DNA of 64,000 nucleotides from Escherichia phage A51.2. The position numbers were made by a program, and so were the translations under genes. Positions 45,362 to 54,632 of this stretch are shown piece after piece; the first letter of the stretch is position 1; each line of letters starts with the position of its first letter. The notes under the pieces are model-generated. The model did no database searches. It was not told where the DNA came from and worked only from the letters and a program-made list of their open reading frames with translations. The stretch is taken from the sequence record ON286973; one strand, 5' to 3'.

Positions 45362-45589
45362 CTAATTTTTACAAGGGATCAGTAAACTTCTTGCTACTGC
45401 TTCGCGTAGTCCTTGACTTTTTATCAGATCTATTGTTGCAGGATGGCAAGTAAAAGCCTTTGACCATTTTTGATCCCCTGGTTTACGGGCAAAAATGTAA
45501 ACTTCCCCGTCGATTTCATCCCAACGAGTATTGCTTGTTAGTTTTTTAAGCGCCATGATGATCTCTCTTTTAGTTGTGAGCGGCATCAT
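45362..45589 (-). CDS. Hypothetical protein
   Basis: ORF. Confidence 0.4.
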   Translation of the reverse strand: MMPLTTKREIIMALKKLTSNTRWDEIDGEVYIFARKPGDQKWSKAFTCHPATIDLIKSQGLREAVARSLLIPCKN

Positions 45590-45641
45590 TGCCGCCCTAC
45601 GAAATACATTCTACCCGATTTACAATTGTTGTCAAACTATT

Positions 45642-45821
45642 TTAACGATAATCATCATATGCTTTATTGACCTGGCGAATATAACATTCAAAAGCTAGAT
45701 CAATAGATTTATATTCACGGATATATTCACCATAGGAAACCACATACATTTCTATAGCTTCCTCATATGCGAGGAGAATAGAATCTAAGCCTACGATCTC
45801 AGTCTTTGCAATAATAGCCAT
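45642..45821 (-). CDS. Hypothetical protein, 59 aa
   Basis: ORF below track cutoff; RBS AAAGAGGA. Confidence 0.3.
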   Translation of the reverse strand: MAIIAKTEIVGLDSILLAYEEAIEMYVVSYGEYIREYKSIDLAFECYIRQVNKAYDDYR

Positions 45822-45895
45822 GATTTTTATCCTCTTTGTGGTTGGTGGGGCTTGTTGCCCCTTTGATTTATATTCTACAGTCTTATAAGGTCATG

Positions 45896-46129
45896 TCAAC
45901 TATTTTCAAAAAATTTTTCTGCTGTAATATTTTTCCCGGTAGGGTTCGCTACTTTCAAAATTTTATCATGCACTGGACGCCCAAAAGAATAAGCGCCGTA
46001 CACAGTGCACCAATAATCGCCGTCAGGCTGTACTATTACAGCCGCATAGGGTACGCCTTTTTCGTTTTTGCTGACAAAATAGATCACGTTGCCATTAATA
46101 GCCTCGGCGCGTTTAATTTGTTCCATCAT
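45896..46129 (-). CDS. Hypothetical protein
   Basis: ORF; AAGAGAGG RBS. Confidence 0.4.
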   Translation of the reverse strand: MMEQIKRAEAINGNVIYFVSKNEKGVPYAAVIVQPDGDYWCTVYGAYSFGRPVHDKILKVANPTGKNITAEKFFENS

Positions 46130-46185
46130 GATGATTTGCCTCTCTTTATTTTCATAATTGGGGGGCCTTTTCGGCCCCGCCAGGT

Positions 46186-46470
46186 TTATTTATTGATAGC
46201 GTGCAGCGGGAAAGGTACGCCAGGTTGATAGATAACTTTTACAACCTCATCAGAGCAAAAGAAATTACAGAATTCGCCCTGATAAGCCTCATCCTCTTTT
46301 AATTCTTCATCAACATACTCAAAAAAGTAGTCAACACTTGGATAATCTTGCCCTGGGTTATAGTCAACCATTGTCAGGACCAGTTCAAGATCGTTGCGTA
46401 GGATATGCATACCCGCTTTTAAGTATTTTGCTTCCATTTCTACTACATCGCCAGCGGTAACAATAGCCAT
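46186..46470 (-). CDS. Hypothetical acidic protein
   Basis: ORF; AGGAG RBS. Confidence 0.4.
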   Translation of the reverse strand: MAIVTAGDVVEMEAKYLKAGMHILRNDLELVLTMVDYNPGQDYPSVDYFFEYVDEELKEDEAYQGEFCNFFCSDEVVKVIYQPGVPFPLHAINK

Positions 46471-46526
46471 GGTTTTAACTCCTATCTATCCGGTTAATGA
46501 TTGGGGGCCGCCCCCCGACACGTCCT

Positions 46527-46554
46527 ATTATCCATATTGTAGGGCTTGATGCAA
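46527..46554 (-). promoter_or_regulatory. Sigma70-like promoter on minus strand, TTGCAT-16bp-GATAAT, within the conserved element TATTATCCATATTG
   Basis: Read directly; second copy at 47694-47721. Confidence 0.5.
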
Positions 46555-46672
46555 GTACTTCTTTAAAAAATTTTTTAAGCGCCTTGGGGGTAGCTGTAAC
46601 GCTAAAATAATAAAGGCCATGCAACCGCATAGCCTTTATGTGATTATATCGCTGCAGGCCCTGCTAGGGGCC

Positions 46673-47023
46673 TTATTTTGCATTCTTGCTTGTATTGCCG
46701 CCACGGTACCAACGTTTGCGGTGAAAATGGTAATAATCACCCTCGGCATTGAACATCAGATGATTTTCAATAACCAGCTTACGAAGGTGGGCCGGATCTT
46801 GTTCCATTCTTGCCAGATTCCGGCTGTTGTTACGTAAGCGGATAAATTCCATATTCAGGCCGTTGATTGCAGCATGGATGTCAAAGTAACCACCTTTGAG
46901 ACGTTCACGCATGGCGTTAAGCTCAACACAATATACAGATTTCTCACAAATCAAGGTATTAGCCAGGGCGCGGACCTGGGCAAGGGGGTTAAGCTCATTA
47001 AGGTAATATAGTTTTACTTTCAT
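46673..47023 (-). CDS. Hypothetical protein
   Basis: ORF. Confidence 0.4.
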   Translation of the reverse strand: MKVKLYYLNELNPLAQVRALANTLICEKSVYCVELNAMRERLKGGYFDIHAAINGLNMEFIRLRNNSRNLARMEQDPAHLRKLVIENHLMFNAEGDYYHFHRKRWYRGGNTSKNAK

Positions 47024-47040
47024 AAAATCACCTGCTGAAA

Positions 47041-47349
47041 TTAGTTTGAGAAAACATCGTTCACAATAGCGATCACAATGCCGCCCACCTTGTCACGGTC
47101 AACAATGCACAAATCACCATAGATCATGTGGTAGTCTGGATGATCTTTCACAGAATAGTCAATAAGTGTTTTCTTGTCGTCCAGCTTCGTAACTTCCATT
47201 CTCATAACGATATGAGAATCATCAAAGGCATTATTCCGGAAAGTCATAGCCTGACCACCAGGGCACCCGGTGATCTCCACTTCCACACCATCTACGATCT
47301 GACCATCAAAGAAATAAAGATTATTAGCCTGGATAAACATGTCTATCAC
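47041..47349 (-). CDS. Hypothetical protein
   Basis: ORF. Confidence 0.4.
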   Translation of the reverse strand: MIDMFIQANNLYFFDGQIVDGVEVEITGCPGGQAMTFRNNAFDDSHIVMRMEVTKLDDKKTLIDYSVKDHPDYHMIYGDLCIVDRDKVGGIVIAIVNDVFSN

Positions 47350-47384
47350 TCCTTGTTAACTGCGTGGTATTTTAACAGGGTTTA

Positions 47385-47432
47385 AATTTACTTTATCGAT
47401 GGCCCTGAAGTCAAGGCCATCTAAAAATAAAT
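47385..47432 (-). promoter_or_regulatory. Conserved roughly 44-bp intergenic element TTTACTTTATCGATGGCCCTGAAGTCAAGGCCATCTAAAAATAA (copy 1 of 3); hairpin GATGGCC/GGCCATC; promoter-like on the minus strand
   Basis: Read directly; near-identical copies at 51125-51169 and 51746-51792. Confidence 0.55.
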
Positions 47433-47433
47433 T

Positions 47434-47634
47434 TTACAGGCCTACAATCTCTTTGATTCGTTTAACTGCTGCCTCAGCGCCTTGGGGGTAGAAATTATGA
47501 TAACCAATCACGCGAGTGATACTAATCGCCGTTTGATGATCTTCATAGTCGCCCTTGAAGATTTCTTGACCGTCAATCAGCACGGCAATTTTTTCTTCTT
47601 TTTTGAAGTTAATAACGCGGATATTGTTGCTCAT
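47434..47634 (-). CDS. Hypothetical protein
   Basis: ORF. Confidence 0.4.
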   Translation of the reverse strand: MSNNIRVINFKKEEKIAVLIDGQEIFKGDYEDHQTAISITRVIGYHNFYPQGAEAAVKRIKEIVGL

Positions 47635-47693
47635 CTTCTTTCTCCTCTTCGGGCTTTTGTTTGTGTGGTGGGGATGTTTCCCCGTTGATTGTT

Positions 47694-47721
47694 ATTATCC
47701 ATATTGCGGACCGGATTGCAA
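47694..47721 (-). promoter_or_regulatory. Sigma70-like promoter on minus strand, TTGCAA-16bp-GATAAT (second copy of the TATTATCCATATTG element)
   Basis: Read directly. Confidence 0.5.
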
Positions 47722-47778
47722 CACCCTGAAAGGGAAATTTTTTAAAAAGATAGGCCCCCATGATCGGGGGCCGTTCTT

Positions 47779-47892
47779 AGTTACTTACAGCGATAAAGTA
47801 CATCCCTACGCCTAGCAATATTTCAAGGGCGATGATCTCAAGCCATACCATAACCCGGCGCGCCTTATCGGTACGGGGCTTATCCTTGGTTG
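47779..47892 (-). CDS. Small membrane peptide, about 37 aa
   Basis: Micro-ORF with hydrophobic C-terminal half. Confidence 0.25.
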
Positions 47893-48138
47893 TCATCGTC
47901 TCCCCCTTTCTTCCTGGTAGTAGTGACGTGGTTTACAATGGCCCCCAGGAGTACCATCACCACGCACATCCCAAGAAAAATTATCTCCGCTGTTGTTCGG
48001 TCCATTGTTATAAAATTCCTCAAGATCAGGCTTGAAAATAAAGCGTTCGTTATTGAATCCATCACGCCAGGCGGCTGGATTCAAATCTTCACTAAAGGGA
48101 TTAATTAACGTGGCATTATTTAAACGGTTGGCCCACAT
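47893..48138 (-). CDS. Hypothetical protein
   Basis: ORF; start refined to ATG 48138 after GAGAGGAA; alternative overlapping frame 47880..48065 not excluded. Confidence 0.3.
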   Translation of the reverse strand: MWANRLNNATLINPFSEDLNPAAWRDGFNNERFIFKPDLEEFYNNGPNNSGDNFSWDVRGDGTPGGHCKPRHYYQEERGRR

Positions 48139-48487
48139 ATTTTCTATTCCTCTCAAATAGGCGATCCGCCTCAGTTAAACATATCTCATGGGCTTGATCT
48201 CTGGTTTTAGCCTCATCGAAAACTTGTTGTGCCAGGCTGCAGCGTAGGGAGACTGGAAGATCACTATAATAGGCGTTGACAAACGTTTGAGCGTCGTACA
48301 GGTCTGAAAATACTTTACCCTTTCTATTATTCCCCTTGTCAACAATTGCAAGGATAACCAATACAATAGTTGCAACCACTCCCAGGAAAATAGATATAAC
48401 AAACCATAGAAAAGCGGATCTACCCATCTTGCCAGCGATCCAGGCGTTGAACAAGGCAACTACTACAGCCAAAATAATAAATTCCAT
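48116..48487 (-). CDS. Membrane protein (two transmembrane segments)
   Basis: MEFIILAVVVALFNAWIAG ... FLWFVISIFLGVVATIVLVILAIV; start refined to ATG 48487. Confidence 0.45.
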   Translation of the reverse strand: MEFIILAVVVALFNAWIAGKMGRSAFLWFVISIFLGVVATIVLVILAIVDKGNNRKGKVFSDLYDAQTFVNAYYSDLPVSLRCSLAQQVFDEAKTRDQAHEICLTEADRLFERNRKYVGQPFK

Positions 48488-48551
48488 TCTATGTACCTCT
48501 TTTGCAGTTCTGTTTAACAATAAGGCGGCAAATATGCCGCCTGTTACCTGA

Positions 48552-48932
48552 TTAAAAATTATCGCCGTAAATCTTTCCGCTTTCTGCCCACACCACCACG
48601 CGGGGCATGTTATCCCATACGTCTTGTTTTAGATTTAACGCGTGCAATTCTTCTGTGGTGCTCATACCAGGCACGGGCTGATTGTATACTGCAAAACGAC
48701 CACCTGCATAATCATAAGCTAAAGTCAAATCGCACTGAATCATTTTCTTGATCATGGCGTTGAGCATAGCATTAGCCGCATATTGATCACGTTTTAAAGG
48801 CAACTCTTTGATTAGTTTGCGATAGTTTTCAATGTGATCGCACACTGTTTCACGTGGAAGATCTTTCATATCCTCGCGAAAGGTAACCAGGTTAAACATA
48901 ACGGTGTCAATAGCTTTAGTAGTGTTTTTCAT
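48552..48932 (-). CDS. Hypothetical protein
   Basis: ORF; start refined to ATG 48932. Confidence 0.4.
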   Translation of the reverse strand: MKNTTKAIDTVMFNLVTFREDMKDLPRETVCDHIENYRKLIKELPLKRDQYAANAMLNAMIKKMIQCDLTLAYDYAGGRFAVYNQPVPGMSTTEELHALNLKQDVWDNMPRVVVWAESGKIYGDNF

Positions 48933-49021
48933 GATGTTTTCCTCTTTGTTTTGTGTGGGGCAAGTCATCTCGCCCCTTGAGTTTTAATATAGCAGGTTTT
49001 TAAATTATTGCAACACTTTAT

Positions 49022-49645
49022 TTATGAAAAACTCATCTCACCATATTCATCTACATCAAACCGCCAATCATTGGCTTCAATAAGGCCGATCAGGTTTTCG
49101 GTAGTAAACTGTTCAAGATAGGCCTCCTCAAGGTCTACATAAACCTTGCGGGATAGCTCCCGTACCGTCTCGGTGATCAGCTCTTCCAGATCTTCCACTT
49201 TATTTTCTTGTTTTGCGGTCAGATCTAGCCAGGTAGTATCAATATATCCGCTTACAGTGTTTTCATGGCTGTAATGGCTGTACTTGTCGCGTTCAACACT
49301 GGCTGATAGTTCGCCATCGTGCATTGTGCCGAACAAGTGACGAATTGATCGGAACTTGGTCAGGGCCTTGACTTTACGCAAGAATTTCTCTAAGTCTACA
49401 TTTTCAGCACTAATTGACGCGCCATCGCCTTGACACCAAAAGCCGGACCAATGTACATCGGTATCTTCAAGGCCGTACTCTGGAAAAACCTGTTCTTTAT
49501 AGTATTCAATTACACTTTCTGCAAAAAAGTTATCCCCGCTGTGTTCTTCTCTTTCGCGGACCATTTCAATAGCTTTTTCTTTTTGTTCGTCGGTCAGCAC
49601 GTCGAAAGATAAATTGTAACCTGTGGTAATGTTAACGGTGGTCAT
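49022..49645 (-). CDS. Hypothetical acidic protein
   Basis: 207-aa ORF. Confidence 0.45.
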   Translation of the reverse strand: MTTVNITTGYNLSFDVLTDEQKEKAIEMVREREEHSGDNFFAESVIEYYKEQVFPEYGLEDTDVHWSGFWCQGDGASISAENVDLEKFLRKVKALTKFRSIRHLFGTMHDGELSASVERDKYSHYSHENTVSGYIDTTWLDLTAKQENKVEDLEELITETVRELSRKVYVDLEEAYLEQFTTENLIGLIEANDWRFDVDEYGEMSFS

Positions 49646-49719
49646 GATATTTTCTCCTATTTTCTTTGTTAGTGGCGGGAAAACTTCCCGCCTGTGTGTT
49701 TAAGTATACTTATTGAGAT

Positions 49720-49980
49720 TTACTTGTCAACACTATTTTTTAAATTATTGTGGCGTAAAATGTTCAAGATCTCTTCAACGTCATCAACACGGCGGCAATT
49801 TTTAAACGCTACCAGTTGCCCCAGTATTTTAATCACTGGACGGCCTTGCCAGTGCCCTTGGAGAAAGCGAGCTTTAACTTTATCGGTGGAACTATCACGC
49901 CACCAAATGGCCTTGTTGTTGCAGTAGTAAAAATTATTCAGGACAACATCAACTTTATCAAAATTTTTTAATTTACGCAT
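49720..49980 (-). CDS. Hypothetical protein
   Basis: ORF. Confidence 0.4.
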   Translation of the reverse strand: MRKLKNFDKVDVVLNNFYYCNNKAIWWRDSSTDKVKARFLQGHWQGRPVIKILGQLVAFKNCRRVDDVEEILNILRHNNLKNSVDK

Positions 49981-50179
49981 GGCGTTTACTCCTTTCTCTC
50001 TTTGATGTGGTTAGTATAGCTAACCTGTTTAAGATGTCAAGCTTTAAATAAAATCACTATCAATGATATTTTTAACGCCATAAAACGGCCCTAAGCGATG
50101 TTTTCAGGTTAAAGGGGGCGATTGCATAGGTGGGGCCTTTTTGGCGCTTACAGGGCCAACCGGGGGCGCTATTCGTAGG

Positions 50180-50212
50180 ATAGAAATAAAAAGCCCCGCA
50201 CAATGGCGGGGC
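50180..50212 (-). terminator. Rho-independent terminator (minus-strand sense GCCCCGC-CAUUGU-GCGGGGC followed by UUUUUUAUUUC)
   Basis: Read directly, just downstream of the minus gene ending at 50221. Confidence 0.75.
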
Positions 50213-50220
50213 GTTGGTTG

Positions 50221-50418
50221 TTATTTGCCTTTGTGGCGGTATCGTTCCGCCTGTCGTTCACGTTCCAAAAGCAGGCCCGGTAATTTGCGATCATAATGAT
50301 TCCGCCAGATCTTCCCAAATCTTTTTGGCTTATTCAGTTTATTGTTGCGCTGGCGGCGTTCCGGCAGCTCTTCGGAAGCATGAGATCGCTTTACAATCTT
50401 CTCAAAATTAATCTTCAT
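50221..50418 (-). CDS. Small highly basic protein (Arg/Lys-rich)
   Basis: ORF; start refined to ATG 50418; nucleic-acid-binding character is inferred from composition only. Confidence 0.4.
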   Translation of the reverse strand: MKINFEKIVKRSHASEELPERRQRNNKLNKPKRFGKIWRNHYDRKLPGLLLERERQAERYRHKGK

Positions 50419-50761
50419 ATATTCCCCCCTTGCTAACTTCAATATTGGCCTGAATAGCCCGGATACGGCGCTTTATAACTTCCTGATCTGTGTGATCGTA
50501 TCCCCAAAAGTCTACGATTTTTGCGCCTCCAGCCTTTAGGCGGTATAGTGTTTCTTGCATCTTGTAAGCCGGGATCGGTCGCGGTGTTACCTGGTCGCCC
50601 TTCTCATTCTTGTACTTGATAATATAGTCTTCATTGTCGTTGAATACCCAAAACGGGTATTCTGTAAGGGCGTTGCTATCTTTTTCGTTTTTAGATTGGA
50701 TCTTGTTTACAATTAAAGCCGTAGCAATAGCGCCAATAATAAAACTTGCCCCGCTGATCAT
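50408..50761 (-). CDS. Membrane-anchored protein
   Basis: N-terminal transmembrane segment ISGASFIIGAIATALIV; start refined to ATG 50761 after AGGAG. Confidence 0.4.
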   Translation of the reverse strand: MISGASFIIGAIATALIVNKIQSKNEKDSNALTEYPFWVFNDNEDYIIKYKNEKGDQVTPRPIPAYKMQETLYRLKAGGAKIVDFWGYDHTDQEVIKRRIRAIQANIEVSKGGIYED

Positions 50762-50836
50762 GTACTTTCTCCTTTCATTGTATTGATAAACTATCTTTAT
50801 AGATGGCCCTGCTACCAGGACCACCGAAAAAACAGC

Positions 50837-51082
50837 TTATTTGACGATACCGACAAAACAGATCCCGCCTTCCCCTATATAGGCAATATCGGTAATTTTA
50901 TAATTTGTCAAGATCCGCGTGTTCAGATCATTAATAAAATCGGTCATCGCGTTGGTGTAGTTGTCTTCCGTGTCTAAGGCATAATCCCAGGTGTAAACCT
51001 TTTTACGTCCGAAGCCTTTTACCATGATACGGGCGCTTTTGGTGTTGGTAGGGGCATAATATTTGGTGATTAGTGCTGCCAT
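50837..51082 (-). CDS. Hypothetical protein
   Basis: ORF. Confidence 0.4.
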   Translation of the reverse strand: MAALITKYYAPTNTKSARIMVKGFGRKKVYTWDYALDTEDNYTNAMTDFINDLNTRILTNYKITDIAYIGEGGICFVGIVK

Positions 51083-51124
51083 GGTTTTAACTCCTCTGAA
51101 TTAGTTCAGTGTTAACAGTATAAA

Positions 51125-51169
51125 GTTTACTTTATTGATGGCCCTGGAGTCAAGGCCATCTAAAAATAA
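51125..51169 (-). promoter_or_regulatory. Conserved roughly 44-bp intergenic element (copy 2 of 3)
   Basis: Read directly. Confidence 0.55.
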
Positions 51170-51171
51170 TC

Positions 51172-51513
51172 TTACTCGTTTTCTTCCAGCTCCGCAAGCT
51201 CTTCTTTTGCTTCTTCTAACTCTGTCTGTAGTTCCTGGTATTCTTCATCTTCCTCAATATCCAGGCTGTCGATGTAGTCGCTAAATCCGCAGCGGTAAGC
51301 GATAGGATCTAGCTCCTTGAGGATACGCGACGGAAGAAAAGAAATGTTTCCGATCATAATTTCGCCGTAGATCTCGTCTAACCATTCATCATAGTTTTCG
51401 TCGTACTTGTCCTCGTCGATTTCAAAGTTATCGATCTTGTTCTCAAGGTCTGCGATCTGTTTTTTCAGCGCGGCGATCTGCATAGCTTTTTCTGCGGCGG
51501 TCATAGTAGTCAT
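51172..51513 (-). CDS. Acidic coiled-coil protein
   Basis: ORF. Confidence 0.4.
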   Translation of the reverse strand: MTTMTAAEKAMQIAALKKQIADLENKIDNFEIDEDKYDENYDEWLDEIYGEIMIGNISFLPSRILKELDPIAYRCGFSDYIDSLDIEEDEEYQELQTELEEAKEELAELEENE

Positions 51514-51745
51514 GGTGTTTTCTCCTTTTGTGTGCTCTGGGAAGTTTTCCCGTTTACGTGTTTAAGTATATCGATCTAAGTTAGTTTGTCAATTAAAAAT
51601 TTAAGAAAAATTTTGCAAAACTGTTAGCGCTACTCATTAACATTTGCGCCAGGATGTAACCGACAACGCAAACGATAATAGTTACCTTTGTGTATTGGCG
51701 TGTAGTGCTCATCTTAAAGCCCCCTTTTTTCGCTTAGTTGAGATT

Positions 51746-51792
51746 AGTTTACTTTATTGATGGCCCTGAAGTCAAGGCCATCTAAAAATAAA
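51746..51792 (-). promoter_or_regulatory. Conserved roughly 44-bp intergenic element (copy 3 of 3)
   Basis: Read directly. Confidence 0.55.
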
Positions 51793-51793
51793 C

Positions 51794-52198
51794 TTAGTAA
51801 GTTTTCAGTACTTTACCGTCCAACCTGTCAAGCTGGATCTCGATAGCTGCAGAAAACCTATTGTAAACCACATCGCCCATAGAATCCAACCAGTCTATGA
51901 TATTATACACTTGCTCTTTGTTCTTGCAGGTCCGGATCCGTTTCATGATGTAAGCCGGATCAATATTGGTACTCTCGTTGGTGTTCCCCTGTACCTGGTT
52001 TGCCGTATTAGTTACATCTTTAATGGCCTTTACCACCACCTGGAATGGCTTTAAGGTGCCTTTTGCGTTCATCTCACGCGCTTTTGCGGCGCGGTTGTTA
52101 TATGTTACACAACGGCGGCAAATGTTGATCAAATGCATGTCAATAATTTTTTCATCGTTTGCCAACTCGTTCATGATGCGGCGTACGTTCTTATTCAT
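51794..52198 (-). CDS. Hypothetical protein
   Basis: ORF. Confidence 0.4.
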   Translation of the reverse strand: MNKNVRRIMNELANDEKIIDMHLINICRRCVTYNNRAAKAREMNAKGTLKPFQVVVKAIKDVTNTANQVQGNTNESTNIDPAYIMKRIRTCKNKEQVYNIIDWLDSMGDVVYNRFSAAIEIQLDRLDGKVLKTY

Positions 52199-52286
52199 GA
52201 TCTTTTTCCTTTGTGCTGGCGGGAAACATTCCCGCCTTTTGTGTCTAGTTTACTTGAATTTTGCAGCGTGTCAATAATTTTTTTTT

Positions 52287-52685
52287 TTATTCGTGGGCAC
52301 ATGTTACAATGTGCTTTTTATAGCCTAGGTGGTCAGCAAGTGCTGACAAAAACTCTTCTTCGTAGATCCAGCCGTTGGCAGTGATCCCCATAGCATTTAA
52401 TGCGCTCTCAAGTGCTGCGTTAGCTTTATCATAACCGTGACCGCTCGCCTTGCCGCCAGTATAGCCGTACTTATTGTTCTTGTTGTCGTGTATCCAAAAA
52501 ACGCAGTAGTAAGTGTTCCCGCTGTCGGCGGCATAATACCGGATCTCAGCTACTTCGTGCAAATTATTGTCATCGTCCAGGCCCACCAGATTATAAGCCT
52601 TGTAAAATCCACGATCACGGCGGCAGTTCTTGACATCAGAAAAAGAAAAGTCTGCATTATCAAAATTAAAGGTAGTGGTTTTCAT
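52287..52685 (-). CDS. Hypothetical protein
   Basis: ORF. Confidence 0.4.
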   Translation of the reverse strand: MKTTTFNFDNADFSFSDVKNCRRDRGFYKAYNLVGLDDDNNLHEVAEIRYYAADSGNTYYCVFWIHDNKNNKYGYTGGKASGHGYDKANAALESALNAMGITANGWIYEEEFLSALADHLGYKKHIVTCAHE

Positions 52686-52749
52686 GATTTTATCCTCTTA
52701 GTGTCTTTTGTGCTTTTAGTGTATTTGGTGTCGGACTATATGTCAATAC

Positions 52750-52947
52750 TTATTTTTTATTAAACCAGTGGTTGATCTGACCTTTTGTCAGGGCGCAACG
52801 ATTAAGCTGTTGCAGGGTATAGCTATGACCGCGACGAAATTTATAAAGGCCTTGCCCGTTGTTGATGGTTACATCCACCCGGCAAATCACTTGATTGGTG
52901 ACCACCTGGCGAGTGTTGCGACGTACTTTGATCCCGTATGCGTTCAT
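52750..52947 (-). CDS. Small basic protein
   Basis: ORF; start refined to ATG 52947 after AGAGGA. Confidence 0.35.
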   Translation of the reverse strand: MNAYGIKVRRNTRQVVTNQVICRVDVTINNGQGLYKFRRGHSYTLQQLNRCALTKGQINHWFNKK

Positions 52948-53623
52948 AAATTTATCCTCTTTACTGGTTAGTGCGGTGTTGTTCACCTTGTAGGGTAATA
53001 ATACCATGATTAACCTTGTTGTCAACGACTATTTTAAATTATTTTTATGATAGAATCCACCTGCCGCCGCCCTGCCAGGTTAACCATCATTTTTTCGTAC
53101 TCTTCTTTATGTTCCAACGCTCCCGCCATGGCCTTTTCAACCAGGGCGATAGCCTCAGCGTCATTAATAGCTACATTTTCCAGGCTGGCCCCGCCAGGTT
53201 GCAGCGGTTAGCGCATCAGGTTAGAAAAATTTTTTGAAAAGTGTTGACAGCGGCCCCGCCAGGTGGCACAATATACCTATCGAAAGGACGGCAGGCACCG
53301 GTGACGGGGGAGACAACCACCGGGGATGGGCGCTGCATAAAATGAGAACGGTTATCATTATCATTTAAAAATTTATGCAAAAAATCCTTGCTTTCTTTGT
53401 CCTGTGTGATACTATAATAACAAGCCGGGGCAACAGGGGCCGGGAGACAATCACCGGGCCTGCCCGTTATTCTGCAAACGAGAATGATTATCATTCAAAA
53501 TTCTAAATGAGAACTCCTCGCATTTAATAAATTTAATTAGCACGCTAATTACCCTCCGTAACAATTTCCTATAAAACAGTATCCCATAAAATATTCCCGT
53601 ATAGAAATTTTAAAAATCCATTT

Positions 53624-53793
53624 CTGAAAACGAAAAATCGATTTCGTCCCCAAAAATTTTAGGCCAAGAGCCGGAGCGATTTCCAGAAAATCCGATTCAG
53701 AAAACGAAAAACAGATCGAGTACTGAGAAATTTATCGAGAAAAATTTTCAGAAAATTCAATCTTTGAAACGAAAAACAGATCGAGTACCTGGA
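53624..53793. repeat. Three tandem repeat units of about 70 bp, each containing GAAAACGAAAAA(C/T)(A/C)GAT ... (starts near 53624, 53696, 53764)
   Basis: Read directly; lies in an ORF-free island. Confidence 0.65.
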
Positions 53794-54099
53794 AAGCTGC
53801 ACCGCAACTTCAAGATAGTGGTTGGATTATTGCTATAAAAGGTCAAGGGTAAGTGGAGGAAGTTCTAGTAGCGAGATGTAAGCATGTGCGGGAAATCTAT
53901 AATGGTGGTCTGGAATATGGTGCAAACGGTAGGATGAGTGATTCAGCTTGTCGCGCCTACTCTGAAAAATCCATTTTAGTTTTCGATCCATTTTCTGATT
54001 TTCTAAGGATTTTAAAATATCCTGGCAGGTAAAATATCAAAAGGAGGAAATCCATTTTAGAAATCCTCCTGATCTCTGGCAACCTGATAACTTAAAATA

Positions 54100-54432
54100 T
54101 CAGGCTCCCAGTGTGTTCTTTCCTTTGTACAACCTTAAGGGTATAGTTTTTGTAACAGTCCATCTCCCCAGCCCTTCCCAGTTCCAGTTGTAGGCATGGT
54201 ACCCGGTTACGCATGCACTGCTAGAGTGGTCATAGGCATAAGAGAACGCTATACGCACCAAATGGAACCAGTCTTTCCACGGTTGTGGTCCGTAAGCTTT
54301 TCTCCAACACCGACACAAACTAAATGTCTCAAGAATAGGCAGGATAACAAATCCATACACCGCCACCAGAATAGCCAGCGCAATGATTGTCAGGAATACA
54401 TACCCTGCAGTTGAAACGATGATCTCTGTCAT
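54100..54432 (-). CDS. Membrane protein
   Basis: N-terminal transmembrane segment IVSTAGYVFLTIIALAILVAVYGFVILPIL. Confidence 0.4.
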   Translation of the reverse strand: MTEIIVSTAGYVFLTIIALAILVAVYGFVILPILETFSLCRCWRKAYGPQPWKDWFHLVRIAFSYAYDHSSSACVTGYHAYNWNWEGLGRWTVTKTIPLRLYKGKNTLGA

Positions 54433-54632
54433 TTGTCGTCCCCTTTCTTACGGATATAGATGTGAGAACCTGCCTGTATATAAATTTCTCGACCATCTTC
54501 TGCGAAGATGTGGAATACACGGTCACCTTCGTACTCAATACGAGATATCTTCATAATGGTCTTTCCACCTGGGATACGGATCTCGTCCCCCACAGCGATG
54601 TTCCATGCAGATTTAAGCTTAAACATCTGCAC
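54429..54632 (-). CDS. Hypothetical protein
   Basis: ORF. Confidence 0.4.
   Translation of the reverse strand: MQMFKLKSAWNIAVGDEIRIPGGKTIMKISRIEYEGDRVFHIFAEDGREIYIQAGSHIYIRKKGDDK

Noticed and set aside
45836-46228. Plus-strand ORF 45836..46228 (130 aa)
   Set aside because: Antisense to two well-supported minus-strand genes (45896..46129 and 46186..46470) that have RBSs and tight packing; likely spurious.
53216-53494. Minus-strand ORF 53216..53494 (92 aa) and plus-strand ORF 53016..53237
   Set aside because: They fall inside the repeat-rich non-coding island and their translations follow the GC-rich repeat; no RBS and low-complexity character.
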